Notes: generated from the sequence alone by a model not told the origin. DNA of 62,491 nucleotides, filler included, from 9 parts of 9 records of this genome joined end to end with filler, not necessarily neighbours in it, one strand, 5' to 3'; shown: positions 47,815-59,887, numbered from the whole stretch's first letter. Translations and numbers: made by a program.

Positions 47815-48364
47815 ATGAGTCATACAGGGTGTTTATGCAACCAAATCGCCGGAGACAATAGCGAGCTTCATCCCATCTGCTTTGGCCAGGTCTGGCTTTT
47901 TGAAGGGCTTAATCCGGAAGACTGGGAATCGTTAAGCACTCAACTGATCCGCCGGCAATGGAATCCCGGTGAAATAATGTTCCGTCATGGAGATCCGGCC
48001 GACAGCATGTTCATCATAAAAATGGGCATGATAAAACTGTGGAAGGTAACTGAAGACGGCCGGGAATTGATTCTGGATATACGCAAGGGCGGCGACATCA
48101 TTGGAGAAAACGCTCTTATCGAGGAAGGTCAAAACTATCCGGTCAACGCTGAATGCCTGGAACAGACACTTACCTGCGGCATCAACAGGGAAACATTTGA
48201 ATCCCTGGTTAATAAAAATCCCTCCATTGGTTTGGCTGTAATTAAAAACCTGTCCCGACGCATTGACTATCTTACGGGCAAACTCGGCGCCCTTTCCGAA
48301 CCCAGCCTTGAAGAAAAACTCTACAAGGCTCTGGTCAGCGTGGCCAGACAGGTTGGAGCGCATC
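47815..48364 (+). CDS. Crp/Fnr family regulator with N-terminal Cys residues, 3' end cut by gap
   Basis: cNMP-binding fold (FRHGDPADSMFIIKMG, GDIIGE); N-terminal CLC...C. Confidence 0.9.
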
Positions 48365-48718
48365 NNNNNNNNNNNNNNNNNNNNNNNNNNNNNNNNNNNN
48401 NNNNNNNNTTAATTAATTAANNNNNNNNNNNNNNNNNNNNNNNNNNNNNNNNNNNNNNNNNNNNCTGCGGCGGATGGTTGCATTGTTCTTTGTTGTAAAT
48501 GATTTTTTCGGAACTATTAGAAACACAAGGGCACAGGGAATAATAAGTTTGACTTATCGGGAGCCGGGAATAACTTCAACTATCCCGGACTAAAGCTCAA
48601 GACTGTTTTAAATGATGTGTTACATAATGTATAATATCATTATGTTGTAGAGTCAATCTCTTCCACATATGGTACACATCATTTGAGACACTTAACCGAA
48701 TTACTTCTAATCATTGAC

Positions 48719-49564
48719 ATGACCATCGAAATAGATCCCCTTATTGATGAACCTGCACTTGTAGTGAGCAACAGGACAAAGGCACTGGTAATTGCCGATG
48801 TGCATCTTGGAATCGAGTGGGACCTCTACAGAAGCGGATTCTCCATTCCAAGCCGCATGAAATACGGACTTGAAAAGATTATGGGGTATATAGAACAGGC
48901 TTCACCGGACAGGATAATTCTCCTGGGTGATGTAAAACATAATGTACCTCAGATCTCCTGGCAGGAGCGGGAGGAGCTTCCATATTTCCTTTCAGTGCTT
49001 TCAGATCATGCCAGTGTTGAGATTTTTCCGGGAAATCATGACGGTGGCATAGAATACCTCGTGCCGGATGGCAAAGATATAACAGTACATCCAGTACGTG
49101 GTTCTGTAATAGAAGATGTGGCTTATTTTCACGGGCATACCTGGCCGGATCCAAAACTCCTTAAAGCGGATTGTATAATCACAGCACACAATCACCCGAC
49201 AATTCGACTTACAGATTCATTGGGTTATGCCACGGTGGAGCAGAGCTGGATAAGGACACGTCTGAACCTTTCCGTGCTACAGGAACATTTTTCCAGTCTT
49301 GAGCTGAACAAGGAAAATGGCAACTGGAACGATCCGGAACTTATAGTTGTGCCATCCTTCAACGAACTATGTGGAGGAGTAGCTTTTAACGAATCCATGC
49401 ACGATGATCTTCTGGGACCATTATTCTCATCAAAGAGTGTCGATATAGATAATGCACAGGCATATCTTCTGGATGGTACCCAGCTTGGCACGCTTAAAAA
49501 CATAAGAAAACTGGAAGAAAGCAAGGTTCGTCCTAAAAGAAAACGGAAAGGAGCTAAAAAATGA
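48719..49564 (+). CDS. Metallophosphoesterase (Lhr-associated type)
   Basis: DVHLG, GDVKH, GNHD, HGH, HNHP; ATGA overlap with lhr. Confidence 0.9.
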   Translation: MTIEIDPLIDEPALVVSNRTKALVIADVHLGIEWDLYRSGFSIPSRMKYGLEKIMGYIEQASPDRIILLGDVKHNVPQISWQEREELPYFLSVLSDHASVEIFPGNHDGGIEYLVPDGKDITVHPVRGSVIEDVAYFHGHTWPDPKLLKADCIITAHNHPTIRLTDSLGYATVEQSWIRTRLNLSVLQEHFSSLELNKENGNWNDPELIVVPSFNELCGGVAFNESMHDDLLGPLFSSKSVDIDNAQAYLLDGTQLGTLKNIRKLEESKVRPKRKRKGAKK

Positions 49565-52392
49565 ATTTCGGGAATATATTCGATTCATTTGATCCCCGAA
49601 TACAAGGTGCCCTCGAAAAACAGGGATTTAATGCCCCCACAGAACCACAGGTCAAAGTCTTTCCCTATATCCTAAAAGGTGACCACACATTCCTTATCGC
49701 TCCAACAGGTTCCGGTAAGACCGAATCTGCAGTACTTCCGATATTTCATGCCATCCTTGCAAAGTCAACAGAAGAGAGGACAGGTATTTCAGCTCTCTAT
49801 ATAACACCACTCAGGGCGCTGAATCGCGATATGCTCTCCCGTATCCAGTGGTGGGGTAAAGAACTTGGCATCACTGTGCAGGTAAGGCATGGTGATACTT
49901 CCCAGTATGAGAGGCAGAAACAATCACGTAAACCACCTGACTTCCTGATTACGACACCTGAGACATTGCAGGCAATGTTCACCGGTTCGCGCCTGCGGAA
50001 GAACCTCTCATACGTAACTCATGTAGTTGTTGATGAGATACATGAAATGGCTTCATCAAAAAGGGGAACCCAGCTTGCAGTTGGTCTTGAAAGACTTGTT
50101 GAACTTTCAGGCGAATTCCAGAGAATAGGCCTTTCAGCCACAGTAGGTAATCCTGATGAGGTAGCAAAATTCCTTGCCGGCTCGGAAAGGGAGGTTTCCA
50201 TCGTATCGGTCACTCTGCTTAAGCTCCTGGACTTCAGGGTTGTGAATCCACAGATGACAGATGAGGATATTGCAATTTCAAAGAAACTTGCATGCGATAT
50301 CAATTTTGCAGCGCATGTCAGATGTGTCAGGAATATTGTAATGGATAACGTATCCACGCTTGTTTTCGTTAACACAAGACAGAGTGCAGAGGCACTTGCT
50401 GCCGGATTTAAGATACTGGAACTTCCAGTTGGAGTTCATCATGGTTCCCTTTCGGTTGATTCACGTATTGAAGCAGAGGAGTCTTTTAAAAACGGAGATA
50501 TCAGGGGATTGATATGCACTTCTTCCATGGAGCTTGGCATTGATATTGGTAACGTGGATCACGTGGTGCAGTACGGCTCCCCAAGACAGGTGTCAAGACT
50601 CCTGCAGCGTGTGGGACGTGCAGGTCACAGGATACATGAAGTGTCCAGAGGCACAATAATAGCAATGGATGCCGATGATGTGGCAGAGAGTATGGCCATA
50701 TGTAAATTGGCAATGGGTGGTAAAGTTGAATCCATCTACCCACATATGAATTCACTTGATGTGATAGCCAACCAGCTTGCGGGAATTGTTCTTGATTTCG
50801 GGGATGTCGGAATTGAAAAAATATACACGATTCTAAAGCGTGCATATCCTTTCAAGGATCTTCGCATAGAAATTCTCAGGAAAGTCATCGACCAGATAAA
50901 GGATTACAGGATGGTCTGGCAGGATGAAGGATCTGACAACATAAGCCGCAGGCGTAAAAGCTGGCAGTACTATTATGACAATCTTTCCATGATACCGGAT
51001 GAGAAAAAATATGAAATATTCGATATCGTTACCGGAAGATCAGTAGGTGTGCTGGATGAGGCTTTTGTAATTAACTTTGCAACACCCGGTGCGGTGTTTA
51101 TTACCAAGGGTGATATGTGGAGAGTTATTGAGATGGTCAGTGACCGTAACAGGATAAAGGTGGAACCTGTCAGGGGCATGGGAGAAATACCCAGCTGGGT
51201 TGGGGAAGAAATTCCTGTACCATATGAGGTTGCTCAGGGAGTTGCGGATATCCGCTCGTTGATAGCGGGTATGCTTCATGAGGGAAAAGAAGATGAGTAT
51301 ATCGCAAAAGAGATATCCTCCATCTATCCGATTGATCCGCAAAGCCTGGCAGACCTGCTCTCCATCATAAAGGAACATGTGGAAGGTGGCTATCCATTGC
51401 CGGATAAGCATATGTTTGTTATAGAAAATGATGGTGATGCGGTTCTTATAAACACCTGTATTGGTCATAATGCCAACGAGACACTTGGAAAAGTCCTGAC
51501 ATCCCTGCTTGCTGCCAGGTACGGAAGCAGTGTTGCACAGGAAATTGATCCCTACAGGATCCGTATGACTCTACCACGAAGAATAAAGGCAAAGGAAATT
51601 GAAACGCTATTGCAGGATATCCAGCCAGAGCATATTGAACCTATTATTGAGATGACCTTGAAAAATACATCTCTGATGAAATGGAAAATGGTGCATGTTG
51701 CCAGGAAATTCGGGGCTCTTAGTAAGGATCTTGATTATGATCGTATCAGCATGAAAAAACTTCTTGAGATCTATCGTGACACTGCGATGTATGATGAAGT
51801 AATAAGAGAGATATTCCACAACATGCTGGATGTGAAAAGGGTAACTGAGATACTCAGGTCACTTTCCTCAGGAGAAATCCGGCTTGTTGTGAGCAGGTCC
51901 ACGCCTATTGGAAGTTCCGGTTTTTCCATGAAAAGGGATTTAATAGCACCTGAAAAAGCTGACCGGTCAATTGTTATGGCTCTTAAAGAACGCATCATGA
52001 ATGATAATGTGATACTTTTCTGTGTACATTGCAAGAAATGGACTTCCAGGAGAAAAGTCAAGAATGTACCTGATGAGATAATCTGTCCTGTATGTGATTC
52101 TGGACTTGTGGCTGCGTTGAAGCCCTGGGAGGATGAAGAGATTAAACTTGTGAGGAAGCAGGATAAGGTTACTTCAAAGGAAGAGATAAAACGCATTCGC
52201 AGGGTTTACAGGAATGCAAATATTGTAATGACTAATGGAAAAAAAGCTGCAATAGCGCTTGCAAGCAGGGGTGTGGGACCTGAAATGGCAACAAGAGTTA
52301 TACAGAAAATGCGTCATGATGAAGAAGCTTTTTATCGTGATATACTGGTTGCTGAAAGAAACTATGCAAAAAACAAAAGGTTCTGGAGTTAA
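49561..52392 (+). CDS. lhr: Archaeal Lhr-family SF2 helicase with C-terminal Cys4 motif
   Basis: [39 protein letters not shown]...CPVC. Confidence 0.9.
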   Translation: MNFGNIFDSFDPRIQGALEKQGFNAPTEPQVKVFPYILKGDHTFLIAPTGSGKTESAVLPIFHAILAKSTEERTGISALYITPLRALNRDMLSRIQWWGKELGITVQVRHGDTSQYERQKQSRKPPDFLITTPETLQAMFTGSRLRKNLSYVTHVVVDEIHEMASSKRGTQLAVGLERLVELSGEFQRIGLSATVGNPDEVAKFLAGSEREVSIVSVTLLKLLDFRVVNPQMTDEDIAISKKLACDINFAAHVRCVRNIVMDNVSTLVFVNTRQSAEALAAGFKILELPVGVHHGSLSVDSRIEAEESFKNGDIRGLICTSSMELGIDIGNVDHVVQYGSPRQVSRLLQRVGRAGHRIHEVSRGTIIAMDADDVAESMAICKLAMGGKVESIYPHMNSLDVIANQLAGIVLDFGDVGIEKIYTILKRAYPFKDLRIEILRKVIDQIKDYRMVWQDEGSDNISRRRKSWQYYYDNLSMIPDEKKYEIFDIVTGRSVGVLDEAFVINFATPGAVFITKGDMWRVIEMVSDRNRIKVEPVRGMGEIPSWVGEEIPVPYEVAQGVADIRSLIAGMLHEGKEDEYIAKEISSIYPIDPQSLADLLSIIKEHVEGGYPLPDKHMFVIENDGDAVLINTCIGHNANETLGKVLTSLLAARYGSSVAQEIDPYRIRMTLPRRIKAKEIETLLQDIQPEHIEPIIEMTLKNTSLMKWKMVHVARKFGALSKDLDYDRISMKKLLEIYRDTAMYDEVIREIFHNMLDVKRVTEILRSLSSGEIRLVVSRSTPIGSSGFSMKRDLIAPEKADRSIVMALKERIMNDNVILFCVHCKKWTSRRKVKNVPDEIICPVCDSGLVAALKPWEDEEIKLVRKQDKVTSKEEIKRIRRVYRNANIVMTNGKKAAIALASRGVGPEMATRVIQKMRHDEEAFYRDILVAERNYAKNKRFWS

Positions 52393-52555
52393 TTTGCTTT
52401 TATTTCTAAGGCCTGTGGCATAGATAATATTAATATAAAAACAGTATCAAGTTTTAAGTGTGTAGTATTTTTTCTACAAATATGGTTTTAGATAGCTCTT
52501 GGAAGATTCAGACTTAAATGAGCTGAAAAGAAAGATAAAGCAAGGGAGACTAAAA

Positions 52556-52741
52556 ATGCAATCATTTATAGTTGAGCATTACCTGCAAAAGAAGATTGAT
52601 ATATATTGTGGCGGACCTGACAGGTTCTATGGAGTTGTTGAAGCATGTGCTGATGGCGTTCTTACAATTAAGGACAATGACATGTACACACATATTGCAA
52701 TCGACAAGATAATTGCCATATGGAGTGACGAGAAGAAGTAA
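52556..52741 (+). CDS. MM0924-family small Sm-like protein
   Basis: MQSFIVEHY...IDIYCGG...GVLT...HIAIDKIIAIW; GGGAG RBS. Confidence 0.7.
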   Translation: MQSFIVEHYLQKKIDIYCGGPDRFYGVVEACADGVLTIKDNDMYTHIAIDKIIAIWSDEKK

Positions 52742-52968
52742 CTAAATCTAAAGTGAGCTGCCAGCTCTATCAGCTTTTTTATTATTTTGCATAAATAAAA
52801 CCTTTTTGTATTTTTTAGATATGGTTCTGTATGTCTGTCATTTCTTCATGGTTATTAATTCGGATTTATACATGTTTTCTGCCTTCTCATGCTTTAATCC
52901 AATAGTTTTATATCTGATGTTACTCAAATCAGGGTGACTAAAATCTACTCAACAGAGAAGGATTCATT

Positions 52969-53979
52969 ATGAACATGAAAGAAAGATTACTCAAAGCATT
53001 GACAGGTGAAGAAGTTGACAAAATACCTGTTTGTACTGTTACACAGTCTGCAATTGTTGAGCTCATGGACCAGACCGGTGCAGAGTGGCCAGAGGCACAC
53101 ACCGACGCACAGAAGATGGCAGACCTCGCAATCGCATCATACGAAGTATGCGGTCTTGAGGGTGTAAGAGCTCCATACTGCCTCACAGTACTTGCAGAAG
53201 CAATGGGCTGTGAAGTCAACATGGGTACAAAGAACAGACAGCCATCAGTTACAGGCCACCCATATCCAAAGGGCGTTGACAACCTTGCTATGCCAGAGAA
53301 TCTCCTCAGCGTTGCCAGGATTCCAGCTGTACTTGAAGCAATAAAGATCATCAGGGAGACAGTAGGAGACGAAGTACCTATCATCGCAGGTATGGAAGGT
53401 CCAGTAACCCTCGCATCCGATCTTGCAAGTGTAAAGAAGTTCATGAAATGGTCAATCAAAAAGCCAGAAGACTTCGACACAATTCTTGACTTCGCATGCG
53501 ATGCATGTGTAGAGTACGCAAACGCACTCTTCGACGCAGGAGTAGACGTTATCAGTGTACCAGACCCAGTAGCCTCCCCAGACCTTATGGCTCCTGACAC
53601 CTTCGACAAGCAGCTCAAGCCATTCCTTCAGAAATTTGCAGATGGTGTAAAGGGACCAATGATTCTCCACGTTTGTGGCGATGTATCACCAATCCTTGAG
53701 ATGATGGCAGACTGCCACTTCCCATCCATCAGCATCGAAGAGAAGGTCACAGATCTCGTAGGCGCAAAAGCAAAGGTAGCTGGCAAGGTCACTATCTGTG
53801 GTAACGTATCAAGCCCATTCGTACTTCTTGCAGGCGATGAAGCAGCTGTCAAAGCAGCAGCAACAAAGGCTCTTGAAGACGGAATTGATGTACTTGCACC
53901 AGGCTGTGGAATTGCACCTGACACTCCAGTTGCAAACCTTAAGGCAATGGTCGAAGCAAGGAACGAATACTACGCATAA
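52969..53979 (+). CDS. mtaA: Methylcobamide:CoM methyltransferase MtaA
   Basis: MGTKNRQPSVT, GMEGPVTLASDL, DPVASPDLM; Zn ligands HVC and PGCG. Confidence 0.9.
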   Translation: MNMKERLLKALTGEEVDKIPVCTVTQSAIVELMDQTGAEWPEAHTDAQKMADLAIASYEVCGLEGVRAPYCLTVLAEAMGCEVNMGTKNRQPSVTGHPYPKGVDNLAMPENLLSVARIPAVLEAIKIIRETVGDEVPIIAGMEGPVTLASDLASVKKFMKWSIKKPEDFDTILDFACDACVEYANALFDAGVDVISVPDPVASPDLMAPDTFDKQLKPFLQKFADGVKGPMILHVCGDVSPILEMMADCHFPSISIEEKVTDLVGAKAKVAGKVTICGNVSSPFVLLAGDEAAVKAAATKALEDGIDVLAPGCGIAPDTPVANLKAMVEARNEYYA

Positions 53980-53991
53980 ATATTTCAAACT

Positions 53992-54033
53992 GACATGCCA
54001 TAATTCGTTATGGCCATGTCCACCTTCTTTTTT
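53992..54033 (+). terminator. Hairpin plus pyrimidine tract after mtaA
   Basis: GACATG-CCATAA...TTATGG-C-CATGTC followed by CTTCTTTTTT. Confidence 0.55.
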
Positions 54034-54204
54034 GTCACCCCCATAAGATTTACACTCTACTGCTCCTGTTTTAGTCTTCAGTGTTAACGTACATTTTTAA
54101 TATAACCTGAGTACATCTTGTATTGATCAAAGGTTATTTGCGTTATTTATTATCTTTTCAAATTAAACTTTGGTTAATTTGAATTTTGAAAAAGGAGGTA
54201 TATT

Positions 54205-55890
54205 ATGCACTATAGTCTGGGAATTGATGCAGGTGGTACGTATACGGATGCTATTCTTGTAAAGGATTCAGATGGTTCTGTGATAGATTCGACAAAGGCA
54301 CTTACTACTTATCCTGATCTTGTAGATGGTATAAGGAATGCAATAGAATCACTTGATCAGAAATACATTGAAAAAATAAATCTAGTATCTGTTTCAACTA
54401 CACTGGCAACAAATACTGTCCTGGAGGGTACTGGTTGTCCGGTTGCTCTTATTCTGGTAGGTGAACATCCTGTTAAAGGTGATTTTCCGGCAAAACATGT
54501 ACTTTCCACCCCAGGTGGTCATGACTTTAATGGCGGAGAACTTGAGGAACTGGATATTGAAGCTGTGAGGAATTTTGCTGAGAAAGTAAAGGATGATGTT
54601 GCTGCTTTTGCAGTTTCTTCTTTTTTCAGTGTTCGTAATCCTGAACATGAACTTTCAATTACTGAAGCAATACATGAAATAACCGGAATGCCTGTTGTTT
54701 GTGGCCATGAACTTTCTCAGGATCTTGGTGCATATGAAAGAGCAGTTACTGCGGCTTTGAATGCCCAGCTAATTCCTATTGCCCATAAATTTGTCCGTTC
54801 TGTGATGGATGAGATAAAAAGAAAAGATATCGATGCCAGACTTCTTATGCTAAAATGTGATGGCACTGTTGTGGGTCTGAAGGATGCACTGGATAAACCT
54901 GTAGAAACTATATTTTCAGGACCTGCTGCCAGCCTTGTGGGTGCATCGTTCCTTTCGGGTCTTGATTCCTGTGCAGTCGTGGATGTTGGTGGCACGAGTA
55001 CTGATGTTTCGGCAATTTACGATGGTATTCCGGAATTATCAGATACCGGGGCAGTTGTAGGTGGATGGAAAACCAGAGTACGTGCCACGAGGATGGAAAC
55101 ATCAGCAATGGGTGGGGACAGTCATGTATGGACACATTCTAAAAAGATAAATATCGGTCCAAGAAGAGTCATCCCTCTCTGCCTCGCTTCTTCAAAATAT
55201 CCTTCCTTTTTGAATAAGCTCAAGAAAAGTCCGGTACCCTTGCGTAGTGTGCTTGATAGAAACATACAACCTACTAAATTTTTTATGAGATCTGGATTCA
55301 AACCTGTAGGTCTTGATGAATCTGAATCAGAGGTTTTGAGTGTAATTGGTGACGAACCAATGAGCTTTGATGAGATTTCCATGTTGTCAAAAAAGTATCC
55401 TTCAACAATAATCATTGATTCATTAATTCAGAAAAGACTTATACAATCTGTTGGTTTTACTCCGACTGATGCTCTGCATGTGTTGGGAGAGTATACTCAA
55501 TGGGATGCAGAAGCATCAATAGTAGGTGCTGAAAAACTTGGAAGACTTAGTAAGATGAGCAGCTCTGATTTCTGCTATAAGGTAAAGGATATTGTGGCCA
55601 GAAACATGGCCTTTGATCTGATGTCGTTTATGCTTCCGGGAATTGAAAGGACAGGGATCAATAAAATCGTTGAAGGACAGTTCAACGCAAGATTCAAGGT
55701 AGATATTCCTGTAGTTCTTCTAGGGGGACCTGTTTCTGCTTACAAAGAAATTGTGGGCGATATGATCGATGCAAATATTATCATTCCTGAACATGCTGAA
55801 GTTGGAAATGCTGCAGGTGCTCTTTTTGGAAAAGGTATTAAAAGAGTAGAGATTATTGTAAGGCCAATTTCTGTTGTTGATCCAGGGGAG
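54205..55890 (+). CDS. Hydantoinase/oxoprolinase family protein, 3' end cut by gap
   Basis: GIDAGGTYTD, STTLATN, SGPAAS, DVGGTSTD, FTPTD. Confidence 0.9.
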
Positions 55891-56142
55891 NNNNNNNNNN
55901 NNNNNNNNNNNNNNNNNNNNNNNNNNNNNNNNNNTTAATTAATTAANNNNNNNNNNNNNNNNNNNNNNNNNNNNNNNNNNNNNNNNNNNNATCGGCTTCC
56001 GGCTAACGCGTTTGAAACTATCCAATTATACTCCCATGCACCTCAAAGAAAAGAAAAAAGGTTTTCAGTGCATCTTCCGTTTCAACTTCCACTACGTAAT
56101 GCCACCTATATTCCACTGTTTGAAGAAGAATAATATGCAGAC

Positions 56143-58146
56143 TCACTCAGTGGGAACCAGTTTTTCCGCCAGCTTTGCTGCAAGCATCTGAAGGTACTCT
56201 GAACCTTTTTCGTGTTCCGCCATACCAACAAGAATGAAACGTTTTTCGTCTATTTCGATGATTGCAGAATCCAGCCTCCAGTTTTCCCATGTCCCGCTTT
56301 TACGCCAGATCTTCGCATCGTGATCTTTTAATCCTTTGACAAAATAGGTATCGAGGTGATCAAGCTCTGGTGACTCGAAGATTTCCAACATCGTCGAAGA
56401 CACATCGGGGTCGACGAGCCTTCCCTGATCAAGCATCAGGTAGTAACGAAGCAACTGGCGTACAGTAACGGCGTGGGAATGATCTGCTACAGGATCCCCA
56501 AATCTCGGACTTCCCTGGGAATAGTGCTTGCCCAGCCAGAGCCCACCGCCTTTTTTCTCATTGTAGAAACGGTATTCATCTCCCGTAACCAGATCACGGA
56601 TATTCTCTAGCCCTACGATCCGGCTGTATTTCGCGGCCAACTCGTTGCTTGAAATCTTTATCATCTTCCCAAGCTCGGCTTTGATATCCGGTGTCAGCTC
56701 GGAGAGTTTCGGATGCTCATTGAAATAAGCCAGAAGGATTACAATTTTCGGGACACTGGCGCCGTAAAAGATGGAATCCGGTCGCATCATAGCCAGCCTG
56801 CCGCGATCCAGATCGATCATCCCGCATGCGGCTTTGGAACTCGGAATTCCCAGTTCCCCTCGAACCTTCAGGTCAATCGCCCGAAGTTCAGCCTGGAGAA
56901 CAGGATCAACAGACGTTTCGTAATCGATTTCCCAGTCGTTTACTTCGTTCACAATTCCCTCCACATCGAACAGTACATGAGGGTTCAACGCCGAGTTCTT
57001 CCAGAAGTTCATGAAGCGAACATCTGCAAAGTGTCCACCCGGCGACAAGTCCTCTGGCAGGTTGGTCTTGAGTGTGGAATTCTTGTTCTGGAACACATAG
57101 TCCTGACTCTCTCCGTCGATCCGGACCTCGATAGAGTCTGATAGAATCAACTGTCTTCCGCTTCCCCAGAATCCCCGTTTACGCAGACCGTCATCCATCT
57201 TGAAAAGAAGTGAATCATGAGCTTCAGTCACTTCACCATCTTCTGGCTGGATAAGTTTCACTTTCGGCAATCCTGCATAGGCGTATCGAGCAATTGCATC
57301 GAACAGACTGTATGCTTCCAGGAAGTTATATTCAGGTGTACGAAGACGCTGTTCTTCTTCCGGATGTGTGAAGAAAGAGGACTCAATCAGTGCAGATGTC
57401 ATCGGAACCCGCAGCACGCCAAACCCATCCTTGTACATCAGTTGATCACTGTTCAGGCAGTTCCCGGTTACCTGGGGAAGTTGCAATCCGTTCAGAAGAC
57501 CATGGCACAAGTACCGTGCAAGATCCAGATTTGCGGGATGATGATCCACCCCCAAGTGATACCATACGGACGTTCGGTTTACTGTTGGTTTTCCGATCGC
57601 ATTGTGATGACAGGAGATAAAAAGATCAGCTCCCCAACGTTCAGCAATCTGTCCACGATCTGCCAGAGAGACAAACGTATCACCTTCCCGTGTCAGGAGA
57701 ACCTCTGCTCCACATTCTTCGAGACAGTCTCTCAGGTATTGAGCCACTCGCAGGTTCATTTCTGCTTCGCGGACACCAGTGGGTCCACGCTTGTAACCAC
57801 GTCTATAAGGTTGTCCTCCGTGGCCGGGATCCAGGCAAATTTTCACACCCTTAAGGTATTTTGCGTATGAAGGGACAGGGAAAACATCTGAACCAATCCG
57901 CTGTTTCGCAAAATCATGAGGAGCTTCGAATAGAGTGTTGACACTGACCATCGGATCGACTTCCGGATCTGCCGATTCATCGACCGGATCAGGCTGGTTT
58001 TCCTGTTCTGGCACATCAACTGGAGTCAATTGATCATCCTGATCTGGTTCTGGAGCCTGTTGTATGGAGGACTTAGGAGTACATCCGGACAACCAGATAC
58101 AACTAATACTAAAGAACGCGATTGAAAACAGGTTTTTTTTCATCAT
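56143..58146 (-). CDS. Lipoprotein fusion: N-acetylmuramoyl-L-alanine amidase (Amidase_3) + class A beta-lactamase-like serine hydrolase
   Basis: Lipobox LSGC; DPGHGG/EAEMNL/SCHHNA/IES; SVPK, SSN and KSG motifs. Confidence 0.85.
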   Translation of the reverse strand: MMKKNLFSIAFFSISCIWLSGCTPKSSIQQAPEPDQDDQLTPVDVPEQENQPDPVDESADPEVDPMVSVNTLFEAPHDFAKQRIGSDVFPVPSYAKYLKGVKICLDPGHGGQPYRRGYKRGPTGVREAEMNLRVAQYLRDCLEECGAEVLLTREGDTFVSLADRGQIAERWGADLFISCHHNAIGKPTVNRTSVWYHLGVDHHPANLDLARYLCHGLLNGLQLPQVTGNCLNSDQLMYKDGFGVLRVPMTSALIESSFFTHPEEEQRLRTPEYNFLEAYSLFDAIARYAYAGLPKVKLIQPEDGEVTEAHDSLLFKMDDGLRKRGFWGSGRQLILSDSIEVRIDGESQDYVFQNKNSTLKTNLPEDLSPGGHFADVRFMNFWKNSALNPHVLFDVEGIVNEVNDWEIDYETSVDPVLQAELRAIDLKVRGELGIPSSKAACGMIDLDRGRLAMMRPDSIFYGASVPKIVILLAYFNEHPKLSELTPDIKAELGKMIKISSNELAAKYSRIVGLENIRDLVTGDEYRFYNEKKGGGLWLGKHYSQGSPRFGDPVADHSHAVTVRQLLRYYLMLDQGRLVDPDVSSTMLEIFESPELDHLDTYFVKGLKDHDAKIWRKSGTWENWRLDSAIIEIDEKRFILVGMAEHEKGSEYLQMLAAKLAEKLVPTE

Positions 58147-58372
58147 TTCCTCCGTCTCAAGGGGTTTATTGAAGGATTTCACAAATGATAGAAACATAAT
58201 CCCCCTTTTCAATCCCGTGATAGCGGTTTTTATTCAATCCTTCGATAATAGAACTTTGTTGAATTGGAGGAGGGGTTGTGAGAAAATAGAATAAGAGTTA
58301 AATTAAAACGTAAGTACAAGAGAATTATCAGCTTTCTCAATAAGTGCTGCCTATTGAAGTGGAGAGTGAATC

Positions 58373-59272
58373 TTGCAGGACCGTGGCCATTTACTAACCG
58401 AGCTGCGTAACGAACGTTCTCAGAACGTAGATTGCATGGAGATTCCAGAGGCTTTCGACCTTATCAACGATGAGGACGCTACGATTGCCTTGCGTGTTGC
58501 GGATGAGAAACCCAATATCTGCCGTGCAGTGGAACTCGTTGTCAGTGCATTCCGTAACGGCGGTCGTTTAATTTATCTAGGTGCCGGCACAAGCGGACGC
58601 CTGGGCGTTCTGGATGCATCTGAATGCCCCCCAACTTTCCTGTCCGATCCCTCCATGGTTCAGGGATACATCGCTGGTGGCGATTCGGCACTCCGAAAGG
58701 CGATCGAGGGAGCTGAAGATTATCCTGAAAAAGGTGCTGAGGAAGTCGATCGCCTGAATGTCAGCGAAAACGACGTTGTCTTCGGTATTGCAACTGGTGG
58801 AACGACTCCTTTCGTTCATGGCGCAATCAATCGTGCTAATGAGCGAGGAGCCAGTAGTGTATTCTTCGCCTGTGTATCTCGTGACCAGGTTCCTGATAAT
58901 GCTGATGTCTCCATCCGCGTGCTGGTCGGCCCGGAAGTCGTCACCGGCAGCACCCGCATGAAAGCGGGAACCGCGACCAAAATGGTCCTGAACATGGTTA
59001 CCACGATCAGCATGATCCAGATCGGAAAAGTGTACGAAAACCTCATGATCGACATGAACTCTTTGTCGAACAAAAAGCTGGTTGATCGTGGTACTCGCAT
59101 CATCATGACCCTGACCGGTCTTTCGCGGGAAGAAGCATGTTCCCTGCTGCAATCAGCCAATGGCCGAGTCAAAGCGGCAATCGTCATGCACAACAATAGT
59201 CTTTCGTTTGATGAGGCGATGGATTATCTCACAAAACATGGTGGGCGTGTTCGATCTGCCCTGGCCAGCTGA
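58373..59272 (+). CDS. murQ: N-acetylmuramic acid 6-phosphate etherase
   Basis: TELRN, GAGTSGRLGVLDASECPPTF, GPEVVTGSTRMKAGTATK. Confidence 0.95.
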   Translation: MQDRGHLLTELRNERSQNVDCMEIPEAFDLINDEDATIALRVADEKPNICRAVELVVSAFRNGGRLIYLGAGTSGRLGVLDASECPPTFLSDPSMVQGYIAGGDSALRKAIEGAEDYPEKGAEEVDRLNVSENDVVFGIATGGTTPFVHGAINRANERGASSVFFACVSRDQVPDNADVSIRVLVGPEVVTGSTRMKAGTATKMVLNMVTTISMIQIGKVYENLMIDMNSLSNKKLVDRGTRIIMTLTGLSREEACSLLQSANGRVKAAIVMHNNSLSFDEAMDYLTKHGGRVRSALAS

Positions 59273-59299
59273 AAATCTGGTTTCGATGAAAAATATCAC

Positions 59300-59333
59300 C
59301 CCTGTCTCTGTTTCACAGCAGACAGGGTTTTTT
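59300..59333 (+). terminator. Intrinsic terminator after murQ
   Basis: CCCTGTCT...AGACAGGG followed by T6. Confidence 0.8.
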
Positions 59334-59481
59334 ATTTCCTGGAATGTGCTGAAACGTCAGTACTTTCAAGATAATCCGAAACACAGCAGTACTTTACGAT
59401 CGCACAAGCGAAAAACATAGTCGAATAGCGGATTCCCTGGAAATGGCTTAGGAAATCCCTCGCATTATACGCTGTTACGGT

Positions 59482-59511
59482 TTGACAGCCTGCTACTGCT
59501 GCCTGTAGAAT
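59482..59511 (+). promoter_or_regulatory. Sigma70 promoter
   Basis: TTGACA-N18-TAGAAT upstream of the small lipoprotein gene. Confidence 0.6.
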
Positions 59512-59593
59512 CACGCCACGAAACGCTGGTAGTCTGTTACTGCTGGTGTTGAATAAACGATTTAGGTGACCTCGATATTTAAGGAAGGTGACG

Positions 59594-59863
59594 ATGAAGC
59601 GTTTCGCTGCAGGATTGGTTTGCGGTGGTGCTGCCTTGGCTTTGCTGACAGGCTGTGCAGGCGTAGCACGAGATGGCGGCTACCTGGGATACTCAGCTGT
59701 CCGTGGCGCCGTTCTTGAAGACACCATGACCCAGACTCTGGACGAGCAACTTCATGGCATTCGCCGTGTTGTGGATACCGACGCCAAAGGTATCGTCGAA
59801 GACTGGGAATCCTTCTGGCAGCGTGATCGTCCGACACGCCTGACCCGTTGGCACGAACTTTAG
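59594..59863 (+). CDS. Small lipoprotein of unknown function
   Basis: Lipobox LTGC; AAGGAAGGTG RBS; its own promoter and terminator. Confidence 0.75.
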   Translation: MKRFAAGLVCGGAALALLTGCAGVARDGGYLGYSAVRGAVLEDTMTQTLDEQLHGIRRVVDTDAKGIVEDWESFWQRDRPTRLTRWHEL

Positions 59864-59887
59864 ACAAACCGATAAACAAAAAATTCC

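Noticed and set aside
48465-55890. Pyrrolysine (TAG) readthrough in the methanogen contig
   Set aside because: No mtmB/mtbB/mttB genes and no gene interrupted by an in-frame TAG
7638-55990. Eight recurring TTAATTAATTAA motifs as a biological repeat or array
   Set aside because: Each is centred in a fixed 100-nt N linker, so they are concatenation artefacts. ORFs ending in X...LIN are artefacts of the same linkers.
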